Part shown: piece after piece, positions 38,684 through 47,248 of the stretch
How the letters are laid out: every line of letters starts with the position of its first letter
Numbering within the stretch: the stretch's first letter is position 1
Assembly (NCBI GenBank): GCA_029856155.1
Contig: JAHQWL010000034.1
Coordinates: forward strand, 1-47,248
From: Promethearchaeia archaeon
Lineage (GTDB): Archaea; Asgardarchaeota; Lokiarchaeia; Sigyniarchaeales; SOKP01
Reading direction: 5' to 3'
DNA: 47,248 nucleotides
Notes under the pieces: generated by a model
What the model was told of the DNA's origin: nothing
Databases searched by the model: none
What the model saw: the letters and a program-made list of their open reading frames with translations, nothing else
Made by a program: the position numbers and the translations under genes

Positions 38684-38946
38684 AATATATCTAATATAAT
38701 GTAAAAATATTAAAAAATTTAATTAGAGTTGAAATTTATAGAAAGTTAGTCCATTTAAAATAATTAACACGTTTACTTCTATTGTTCTTAGTTATTTTTT
38801 ATATTGTTTATGAAGAAAAATATTACTCAAATTTATGGTTTATAAAAGAAATAATAAAATCCAAAACATTTATTTTTGTATGATTTTATATAAAAATTTA
38901 TATTAAATCATTTTTATTAAATACAAAATACGATTGCGAATTTATT

Positions 38947-39474
38947 ATGTCACCTAAAGAAATTACCAAAGTGGATATAACGAATGAGGTTTTTAAAGAA
39001 CCAATAGAAGTGGTTAAACAATTATCTTCGCACTTAGGTTTAAATTACACTAAAGTTATACAAACTTATGTTATGGAAGATCGACGACTAAACTTAACGT
39101 TAGAGGATCAAGGTAATAGTTATTTCAAAGGTAAAGTTGTATGGATTGGCAATAAGAAGGACGATACAGAAGGATCTATATTTTGTGTCGATACAAGAGA
39201 AGAATTGAAACAAATTAGTCCTACTGCAGAGAACACTGAAAATGTAACACTAGATATTAAAAAAGAATTAATAAAAGTATCTACTGCATCAAAAACCAAA
39301 TGTTCTGTATGTGGAAAAAATATAGAGATTTTTGATGAGGTTACTGGCTGTCCTATTTGCGAAGCAAAAGCACATCGAGAGCATTTAACAGATTGGGTAA
39401 GAATGAAACATACATGTCCAGTTTGTAAGAAATCTTTAAACGTTTCGAGTACTGGTGTTATTTTTATCGATTGA
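38947..39474 (+). CDS. RING-finger domain protein (E3-ligase-like)
   Basis: C-terminal CSVC-x11-CPIC...HREH..W...CPVC. Confidence 0.8.
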   Translation: MSPKEITKVDITNEVFKEPIEVVKQLSSHLGLNYTKVIQTYVMEDRRLNLTLEDQGNSYFKGKVVWIGNKKDDTEGSIFCVDTREELKQISPTAENTENVTLDIKKELIKVSTASKTKCSVCGKNIEIFDEVTGCPICEAKAHREHLTDWVRMKHTCPVCKKSLNVSSTGVIFID

Positions 39475-39484
39475 TTCAATAAAA

Positions 39485-40222
39485 CTAATGGAAATGCCTT
39501 AATTTTTCAATATCTACTGTTCCATCATATAAAGCAGTTGCGATTAATATACCCGAGAAGTTTTGTTCTTTATAATCTAAAATATCTCTATAATTTTTGA
39601 TTCCTCCACCTACGAAGATATTTCCAGTAAAATTATGTAATAGATCCAAATAGAGTGGTGGAATTCCTCCAATTTTCTGACCGACTCTAAACAAATCTAA
39701 TAGAATGATATTTTTAATTCCGAGAGATTCAATTTTTTTTATGAGTTTTAACGGATTTTGATTTTTTATGTCCTTCGCACTTGATAAGATCTGTCCATTA
39801 TACATATCAATACTTATTATGATTTTATTCTGATCTAAGATCTGTAGACTTTGATCAATAAGCGTAAAACTTTTAAGAGTTTCTAATCCTAATATTAGAC
39901 TTTTAATATCGAATCTTGAGTAAAGATAAATATCTTCAAGATTAACAATTCCAGGGTCCAGAATTACATTCATGTCTGTGATCTCTAAAATTTGTTTTAA
40001 AATTGGGAGATTTGGGTTTTTATATATAATAGAATCTAAATCTGCGACATAAAAATCATTAAATCCAAACTTTTTTTTAAGTAGTTGAATAATCTCTACT
40101 GGGTTTGATGATTGAATTAATTTAGATTTTAAAGGTTTGTATTTAGTCCTTTCACCCTTTTTAGCATGAACTGCCTTAGAATTTAAAATATCTATAACGG
40201 GTATGATTTTAAATTTTGTCAT
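39485..40222 (-). CDS. HisA/HisF-related TIM-barrel protein (C1-cofactor-associated type)
   Basis: IIPVIDI..KAVHA..GER..YKP, YVADLD.I, LDLFRVG, VGGGI, ATALYDG; lies near mfnB. Confidence 0.85.
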   Translation of the reverse strand: MTKFKIIPVIDILNSKAVHAKKGERTKYKPLKSKLIQSSNPVEIIQLLKKKFGFNDFYVADLDSIIYKNPNLPILKQILEITDMNVILDPGIVNLEDIYLYSRFDIKSLILGLETLKSFTLIDQSLQILDQNKIIISIDMYNGQILSSAKDIKNQNPLKLIKKIESLGIKNIILLDLFRVGQKIGGIPPLYLDLLHNFTGNIFVGGGIKNYRDILDYKEQNFSGILIATALYDGTVDIEKLRHFH

Positions 40223-40441
40223 TTACACCAATAAAACTTAATTAATAGAAATCTTAGAGAGAATAAGAGTATCAATTATCTCCTTATAATTGCCCCAATA
40301 AAATAACTTTGAAAAATTACCTTTATTTAATACTCTTTAATTTTAAAAGAATATCTTTTTTTAATTACAATTAAATAATTTTTTTTTTAAATAATCCCTA
40401 CTAAAATATTTTTAAAACAAGAGTAATTTTTTGTGATTGAA

Positions 40442-42157
40442 ATGAAAACTGAGATTTATGTAAATAAAATTATAGAGGATACAGGTTTAACAAGAAAGGA
40501 GATTCAGAGCTTAGTTGAAGATAAGAAAAATGAATTAAAGGGATTGATTTCTGATGAAGGCGCTTTATTTATCATAGCTAAAGAGTTGGGCGTTGACATT
40601 AAAAATGAAAATAAAGATCTCTTAAAAGAAATTGAAATTTACATTTCTGATATTACGCAAAATATGAAAAACATAACATTATTTGGTAGAATCAAGGATA
40701 TCTATAATGTTAATAGTTTTAGTAAGAATGATGGAAACAAGGGTTTTGTAGGGTCTTTCTTATTGCATGATACTACGGGAGATGCTCGAATTGTACTCTG
40801 GGATGATCAAGTAAAAGTTTTTAACGAATCTAATTTTGAAAAGAACGAACTTGTTAAAATAGTTAATGGAAACGCAAAAAAAGGAAAATTTGGAGATATT
40901 GAAATACATGTAGGAAGTTATGGAAAAGTTATTTTATCTCCTGAAGATGTTGACTATAATAAATATCCCAAAATAACATTTAAATCTATTAATATAAAAG
41001 AAATTAATTTAAGTCTTAGATCTTTATCCATAGAAGGAAAAATAATTCAAATATCACCAATAAGAGAATTTACTCGAAAAGATGGTGAATTTGGAAGAGT
41101 AGGATCGTTAACATTATTAGATACCACGGGATCAATTAAAATTACCTTTTGGAATGATGATACAGAAAAATTAAATAAATTAGAAATTAGTGATTTTGTA
41201 TCGGTGACTAATTTAAATCCTAGATTAAGTACATTGGATTCGAAAACAATTGATCTATATGCAAGTAAAAATACAAAAATTACTAAAAAAAATAAAGATC
41301 TCAATATTGAAGGAGAAGTTATTGAAAATATAAAAGCACTACAGGAGAGTAAAGGAGTTGTTACCTTTAAGGGTATTATCACTTCAGTTGATAATATTAA
41401 AACAATATCTTTAAAATCGGGAGATAGTGTCTCTCTATTAGGTTTTATTATTAGTGATAATACTGATGGTATTAGAGTTACTTTATGGCGTGAAAAAGCA
41501 GATGAATATTCAAAACTATTAGCTGCAGGACAGGGATTAGTATTGAAAAATGTTTTAGTCAAATATAGCAACTTTTCGAATAGAAATGAAATCTCTTTAA
41601 TTAATGAATCAACGTTAGAGCTAAAAGATCTCGAAATAAAAAACCTTAAAAGCCTTAATTTAGAAAAAAAAGAGAAGGGAGCTAGTTTTTCTGGTGATTA
41701 CGCAAAGATAGACACTATTGGAACTCCTGGTACGATCGAATTAAAAGGATTTATTGCTAAAGATCTTAATAATATTACGGTTTATGAAGCATGTAAAAAT
41801 TGTTTTAAGAAGGTTGAAAATTGTACTTGTGGTAAAGGAGATGAGACTGAATTCCGGATGATAATTAATCTTATTATAGATGATGGAACAGGAACAATAA
41901 GAACTACTTTTATAGGAGATCGAGCAGAAAAGTTAATGGGTGTAGAGACAACTAAAATCGTACAACTAAAAGAAACACCCGAATTTGAGAAATTTCTAGA
42001 AAAAAAATCAGCAGAGTTTCTAGGAAAAGATATTATAATAAAAGGTAGAGCTAAATTTAGCGATTATTCTAATCAATACGAGATATCAGTTTATGATTTT
42101 AAAGATATTAATATTGATGAAGAATTAGAGCGCGTTATGAAACAGATTGAAACTTGA
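40442..42157 (+). CDS. Replication protein A large subunit (multi-OB-fold with Zn finger)
   Basis: N-terminal DUF2240-like GLISDEGA; repeated DxTG..RxxLW OB folds; YEACKNC...CTC; IDDGTG. Confidence 0.9.
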   Translation: MKTEIYVNKIIEDTGLTRKEIQSLVEDKKNELKGLISDEGALFIIAKELGVDIKNENKDLLKEIEIYISDITQNMKNITLFGRIKDIYNVNSFSKNDGNKGFVGSFLLHDTTGDARIVLWDDQVKVFNESNFEKNELVKIVNGNAKKGKFGDIEIHVGSYGKVILSPEDVDYNKYPKITFKSINIKEINLSLRSLSIEGKIIQISPIREFTRKDGEFGRVGSLTLLDTTGSIKITFWNDDTEKLNKLEISDFVSVTNLNPRLSTLDSKTIDLYASKNTKITKKNKDLNIEGEVIENIKALQESKGVVTFKGIITSVDNIKTISLKSGDSVSLLGFIISDNTDGIRVTLWREKADEYSKLLAAGQGLVLKNVLVKYSNFSNRNEISLINESTLELKDLEIKNLKSLNLEKKEKGASFSGDYAKIDTIGTPGTIELKGFIAKDLNNITVYEACKNCFKKVENCTCGKGDETEFRMIINLIIDDGTGTIRTTFIGDRAEKLMGVETTKIVQLKETPEFEKFLEKKSAEFLGKDIIIKGRAKFSDYSNQYEISVYDFKDINIDEELERVMKQIET

Positions 42158-42237
42158 GTTTTATACTTTTTAATTTCCCTCTTATTTATCGACTAATATT
42201 TAAATTCCTAATGTAATTTAATAACTAGAGTATTAAA

Positions 42238-43176
42238 ATGGGTAAAATAGATATTATTGGATTAGGAGAGGTTGTTGTTGATTGGGTAGCTGAAATTCCT
42301 CATTTTCCTAAACCAGATGAAAAAATTGATGCTATCGCCGAAAATTATTTCTCTGGTGGTGTAACGGCGAATTTTCTAGTCGCAGTGGCGCGTCTTGGGA
42401 TTTCTTGTGGATTTATTGGTGCCGTTGGAGATGATTCATATGGAGATTTTTTAATTAAAGAATTTAAAAAAGAAAGAGTAGATACTACACTTACAGTAAT
42501 AAAAAAAGGAAAGCAAACTCCAGTAAATTTTATTTTTGTAGTTAAAGGGGAAAAGACAATAATTCAATCTCCTCATATGTTAACTACGAAATTAGAACTT
42601 AAGGATTTGGAAGAATATTACTTGTCGGAAGCTAAAGTTTTACATACAACATTAATTCACCCAGAAATATCAGAAAAAGTGATTAATTTAGCAAAGAAAT
42701 TTGATGTAAAAATTAGTATTGATTTGGAATCTCAAATAGCTCAACGAGGTTGGAAAGATTTAAAAAAATTGTTACTAATGGCAGATATTTTAATTCCTAA
42801 TAAAGAAGGAGCTAAGATGATAACAAAATGTAAGACACCAGAAGATGCTGCTAAAACCTTAATTGAAAAAGGGATTCCCCTCGTAATCATAACATTAGGG
42901 AATAGGGGGGCATTGGTTTCAACTAAAGAATTTCAAAATGAAATTCCCACTTATATAATGAATAATATTGTTGATACTACTGGTGCGGGTGACGCATTTA
43001 ATGGAGCATTTTCGGTTGCTTATTGGATTAAGGGATGGAGTTTAGAAAAATCAATCAAATACGCAAACGCCGCGGCATCCTTAAAAATCCAGAAGTTAGG
43101 TGCCAGAACAGGGATGCCTTATGATTTAGAGTTGAGGAAATTTTTGAAAGAAAATGAGAAAGAATTGTTTATTTAA
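42238..43176 (+). CDS. PfkB/ribokinase-family carbohydrate kinase
   Basis: GG..AN.AVA.ARLG, VGDDSYG, PNKEGA, TLG.RG, DTTGAGDAFNG. Confidence 0.93.
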   Translation: MGKIDIIGLGEVVVDWVAEIPHFPKPDEKIDAIAENYFSGGVTANFLVAVARLGISCGFIGAVGDDSYGDFLIKEFKKERVDTTLTVIKKGKQTPVNFIFVVKGEKTIIQSPHMLTTKLELKDLEEYYLSEAKVLHTTLIHPEISEKVINLAKKFDVKISIDLESQIAQRGWKDLKKLLLMADILIPNKEGAKMITKCKTPEDAAKTLIEKGIPLVIITLGNRGALVSTKEFQNEIPTYIMNNIVDTTGAGDAFNGAFSVAYWIKGWSLEKSIKYANAAASLKIQKLGARTGMPYDLELRKFLKENEKELFI

Positions 43177-43195
43177 ATGTATGCTACATAATAAG

Positions 43196-43636
43196 TTATT
43201 GAGATATTAAACAAATACTATTATAATTATTCGGATTCTGTATTATATCATTATAGGTTTCTAATATTTCCTCTTCTGATAGATCTTTAAGATCTATATT
43301 AAAAGGCCAGATACCTAAGATGATGTCTCCTAAATTCTTCACATTTCCAATTAAATATCCTACTCTCCTCCCATTTGATTTGTAGGTATATAAAATAACA
43401 AGATAATAGTTATATGTATGATTAACTGTAGGATTCCCAATTATGAGAACTTCTTCAATATTTTGAAAATTAATTATATGTTGATTCGTTTCACTTAATT
43501 TTTTTAATTCTAAGATAAATTTAGCAGGAATAGATAGAGGCTTTTTAAATTCTAGATTTTTAAAACTTAGGGTAAGGTTTTTATGTTCAAATTGCTCGTG
43601 CGCCGTAAAGATTACTTTATATATAATAGAATCCAT
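43196..43636 (-). CDS. Hypothetical protein
   Basis: 146-aa ATG ORF with host-like composition. Confidence 0.6.
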   Translation of the reverse strand: MDSIIYKVIFTAHEQFEHKNLTLSFKNLEFKKPLSIPAKFILELKKLSETNQHIINFQNIEEVLIIGNPTVNHTYNYYLVILYTYKSNGRRVGYLIGNVKNLGDIILGIWPFNIDLKDLSEEEILETYNDIIQNPNNYNSICLISQ

Positions 43637-43736
43637 AGAAATTATGTTAATCCGATTTATTCAATAATTTATCTAATAGTTAAGTCTTCCAGCTTTTTAT
43701 AGATTGTATTACGTGGTTATTTTTCTTTTCCGCTAA

Positions 43737-44054
43737 TTATTCTTGAATAACAATATTTTCTTCAGGAAATCCAAGATCAATCAAGAATTTTTTCAATTTA
43801 AACCGATGATCTCCTTGAAGTTCGACTTCATTATCTCTTACAGTTCCACCAGAAGCACATTTTTTTTTTGCTTTTGTTAGGATATTCTTAAGATTTACTT
43901 CAAAATTTCCAACGAACGTGATTACAGTAACAACCCTCCCCCATTTCCTCCTAGAGTTAGAGATTATTATTTGCTGTTCATCGGCGCTTAAACTATCACA
44001 TATACATAGCTCTTTTGGAAAACTACATATAGGACAAATCTCGTCGTCTTTAAT
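43737..44054 (-). CDS. Translation initiation factor aIF1 (SUI1/YciH), apparent AUU start
   Basis: Not in the ORF track: (I)KDDEICPICSFPKELCIC...RRKWGRVVTVI...KKKCASGGTVRDNEVELQGDHR...LGFPEENI; in-frame TAA at 44061-44063, two sense codons upstream of the ATT. Confidence 0.93.
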   Translation of the reverse strand: MKDDEICPICSFPKELCICDSLSADEQQIIISNSRRKWGRVVTVITFVGNFEVNLKNILTKAKKKCASGGTVRDNEVELQGDHRFKLKKFLIDLGFPEENIVIQE

Positions 44055-44425
44055 GCTGTCTTATCACAACCTTTATTGTAAAAACTTTTTAAAATTTAGT
44101 TCTAAAAAATAATAGAATAAAATCTTATAAAAATCTTTTTTATTTTGGAATGAAACTTTTATAAAAACAATACTCATTCAATTTTTTAGTTTTGTTAATG
44201 CCCATTTGTGGAATTCAAATTTTGAAATTACGTCTAACAGAAATTTAATGAGATAAATGAAGTAGATTTTAATTGCTAATTTCTGTATAAGTTAATTCAG
44301 TTTTCAGACTAAATTTTCCAAAATTTAGAATCGACCTTCCTAAGCAAAAAATATTTATAGAAAAATTTTTATTATTTATCAATAAGCTTATTCTTAAACT
44401 TAGATTATAAATGTGATACGATAAA

Positions 44426-44953
44426 ATGCAGAGCTCATGGATTTTTAAAGTAATTGTTGCAGGTGCGGGCGGTGTAGGAAAAACTGCAATGATTACTCGG
44501 TATTGTACGGGAAAATTCGAAGAAGGATATAAAATGACAATAGGAGCAGGATTTCACACGAAAGCTGAAATGCTTGACACTGGAGAAGCCGTTAAAATGC
44601 AACTATGGGATTTTGCTGGTGAAAAACGTTTCCGTGAACTCCTACCTGATTATTGCAAAGGTGCGAGTGGGGCATTTATTTGTTTTGATATTAGTGATTA
44701 TGATACTTTCAGAGAAATACCTGAATGGCTAAGGATTATCCGCCCAAAAGCCGGCTTTATCCCCATAATTCTTTTAGGAATGAAATGGGATCTTCCAGGT
44801 CATGAAGTAGATTATGAAATAGCAAATGATTATGCTATTAAAGCGAAATGCAACCAATGCGTATTCTGTTCCGCAAAAGATAATATAAATATTAATGAAT
44901 CTTTTCAAGCTATGGCAAAATGGCTGATCTATTACGCAGCACAAGCAGATTAA
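44426..44953 (+). CDS. Rab/Ras-like small GTPase
   Basis: GAGGVGKT, Y.MTIG, LQLWDFAGE, G4 variant MKWD, CSAK. Confidence 0.92.
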   Translation: MQSSWIFKVIVAGAGGVGKTAMITRYCTGKFEEGYKMTIGAGFHTKAEMLDTGEAVKMQLWDFAGEKRFRELLPDYCKGASGAFICFDISDYDTFREIPEWLRIIRPKAGFIPIILLGMKWDLPGHEVDYEIANDYAIKAKCNQCVFCSAKDNININESFQAMAKWLIYYAAQAD

Positions 44954-45069
44954 TTCAAAAATGATTGGTCAATTTTTACGTTTAATTTAAATACCACTTA
45001 ATTAATAGAGAAAAAGCTAAATATTATAGTTAATAAAATAATATATCAATAAAAATGTCAAAAAAGGTA

Positions 45070-45209
45070 GCCTCGGTAGCTCAGTTAGAAAAAACGCCGT
45101 TTTTCGGTATTTTTGGCAAAGTAGAGCAATCGGCTGTTAACCGATCGGTCGCATGTTCGATTTCATTGTTCAATCTCTGAGCAAGACGACAACCATGCCC
45201 GGGGCGCCA
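45070..45209 (+). tRNA. tRNA-Asn (GTT) with a D-loop intron (about 45089-45120, 32 nt) and a T-loop intron (45162-45192, 31 nt); CCA encoded
   Basis: GCCUCGG/CCGGGGC-G-CCA; GCUC/GAGC D-stem; AUCGG-CU-GUU-AA-CCGAU; GCAUG/CAUGC T-stem; both inserts fold as hairpins with BHB-like junctions. Confidence 0.9.
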
Positions 45210-45222
45210 ATCTCTCTTAATT

Positions 45223-47247
45223 TTACTTATTTTTTGATTGAATCTTAAGTTTATTCCGCCAATAGTTTATAGTTGTTTGAGATGTGTTAGTAATTCGTGC
45301 TATTTTTGGATCAGATAACCCCCATTCATAATAAACATGTTCAAGCCAAGCTTTATGCTTGTAGAGAGGATTAGATTGGGAGGATACTTTTGTGGGATTT
45401 AGTAATTCCCCCGTTTGGAGATTCCAATTTTGAGAAATTGCATTCCAATTAGTCGATCTAATTTCTTCTTTAATCCTTTCTTCATCATTTGTAAGTTCAT
45501 AGGACTTTGGCTTCCATCCAAACTCAACTTTTTCAGTTTTGATATGTGGATATTGCTTAACAATATTCGCGGGGAATTTAAAATTTTTAATATTGTCTTT
45601 CAAATTCTTGTAAAAAGTGGCAATTTCACGAGATTATTTGGTTCCAACGATTTTTTGATGATTTTTTTCGAAGTAATAAGCCTCAGTCATTCTATGACAA
45701 TTTCCGCAGATATATACTGCATCATCTTGGATGAGCTTTTTTTCAATCTTTTCAATTGTGGTATAACGTAATTTATCATATTTTGGAAATGTCTTTTTTG
45801 ATATGTCACGGTGGTGAAACTGAAGAGTTGCTAAATTTTTTTCCCCGCAACCAATACACTTCCCATTATATAATCGATCGATTACTATTCTTTTACTCAT
45901 CCATGATTTAATTTGGTGTCCTTCTTTATGCCCTTTATCTGGAAACCGCTTGTAAATGAGCTCATATAATTTTTTTTCAATATTTTTTATTGATGATTCA
46001 AAATCATTTTTATTTTCAATTAATACTTTGTACGTTTTATAGTACTTCGACTGTTTCTTCAAGTGACAGTTCCTACATGAAGGAATAGCTTTTTCCTTTT
46101 CAAGCTTCTTTAATGTATTTTCCCAATTACCATGAAAATTGATTCTTTTCGTCTTTAATTCTTTCATGGGATGATGAAAATCGAATGCTGGAAGTTTAGC
46201 GACAGTGGTATTACATTCTGGGCACTTTTCGGCAAATTTTCCGCCATATATATTTCGAATGATACTATTTTTGTTTTGTAAAGCTCGAATTTGTTTATGT
46301 TCTAACCTACATGGCTTACAATAACGTGCATATACAGGTTTATTGGATTTCATATAGTTTTCGAATTCAGAAAGTGATTTGATTTCGTGACATAGACCGC
46401 ATTCTTTTGTTTCTCTGTGATTATGTAAGTTTTGATGAGGATTTACCTCTGGATTACCAGTAATTTCTTTATTTTCAGTCTTTTGTATTGGATCAGTTTT
46501 TTCGAGCTCTGGTTTATTTTTTGGTGTATCTTTCAATTGATTTGTTGATCTTTCAATTTTATCGTTTTTAGATGTATCTCTTTTAACAATCTCTTCTAAT
46601 TTTGGCGAATAGAAAGAATAACTCTTTAGGTCTTTAAGAATAGTCGCTTGAAGCTTTGGAAGGTTTTTCATTTCCCACATATCCGAAACTAGCCTAAACA
46701 CAATCTTTTTTAACCATATTATAAATGTTAGAAAATGAGTTCGATAATCCTGATTTGACTCTACTTTTTTTTGGAGTAGTTTTAATGAATCATCAAATTC
46801 TTCAATAGAGATGTTATGTAAATTCTCTAAAAAGGTTCTACTTATTCTTTTAGTTAATATAGGTTTTAACTTACTTGCTAAATAGGTGAGAATAGATTGA
46901 TTTAGACTTACACGGCGCACGCTGACATTATTTTCTTGCTCCCATTCCCTAATTAAAAGGTAGATTAAGCGGGAAATCACTATGATTAAATTTTCTTTGA
47001 ATATTTGAGGAAAAGCCTCGTCATCTCGAATCACATTCACAGAATACTTTCTTGATTTCGTTAACTTCCCGAGTCTTTTAATAAAAGTCTTTTTATTTTT
47101 CTTAATATCATCTTTATGATTCGAAATTTTTTTATGCGGGTCTTTAACTAATCCTTCTTGAGTGTCAAGAATGTCGATATTAATTTCGATTCCACAGAAC
47201 CCACAGATTACAAGTTCTTTGTTTTCAACGATTTTTTCTATAATATC
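45223..47247 (-). pseudogene. Zn-ribbon / Zn-finger / tandem HNH / HTH protein, split by a single in-frame TAA at 45634-45636; 5' end beyond the window
   Basis: The frame is open from 47247 (DIIEK...ICGFCG...) through the 468-aa ORF; two CxxC...FHH...CxNCH modules; after the TAA the same frame continues SREIATFYKNLKDNIKNF... to an HTH (GLSDPKIARITNTSQTTINYW). Confidence 0.75.
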
Positions 47248-47248
47248 T

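Noticed and set aside
43918-44112. 64-aa plus-strand ORF
   Set aside because: Antisense to the aIF1 gene.

Overview
AT-rich chromosomal segment of an Asgard archaeon, most likely Lokiarchaeia/Promethearchaeia. The call rests on archaeal information-processing genes (aRF1, aIF2-beta, NMD3, RIO1, Pno1/Dim2, TFB, RpoP, RPA, FtsZ), eukaryote-signature proteins (profilin-like, Rab-like GTPase, RING finger, Get3/TRC40) and a stand-alone 23S rRNA with very large ES39/ES9 expansion segments. Most of 7.8-45 kb is core genome (CoA and methanofuran biosynthesis, translation, ribosome biogenesis). Five things stand out. (1) Downstream of the 23S gene (1-3.9 kb) is an integrase-free cassette-like array. 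It holds a perfect 169-bp copy of the 23S 3' end, three diverged copies of the pre-23S 3' processing arm that all still base-pair with the single 5' leader, a duplicated small membrane-protein gene and two accessory genes. (2) Two unannotated tandem 37-aa signal-peptide-like genes ending in G-[W/Y]-x-G-x-GGGP, each with its own TATA box and a conserved upstream element, lie divergent from a 1215-aa protein with repeated Lrp/AsnC-like modules: a candidate Asgard peptide-signal/receptor system. (3) An aIF1 (SUI1) gene missed by the ORF track has no in-frame AUG/GUG/UUG and appears to start at AUU, like bacterial infC. (4) Three tRNAs carry five BHB introns, three at non-canonical sites and four of 31-32 nt, and there is a similar 32-nt BHB-like insert in helix 91 of the 23S rRNA. 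(5) A tandem-HNH/HTH gene split by one in-frame TAA abuts tRNA-Asn at the right edge. All calls come from reading the sequence by eye; no searches or folding programs were run.
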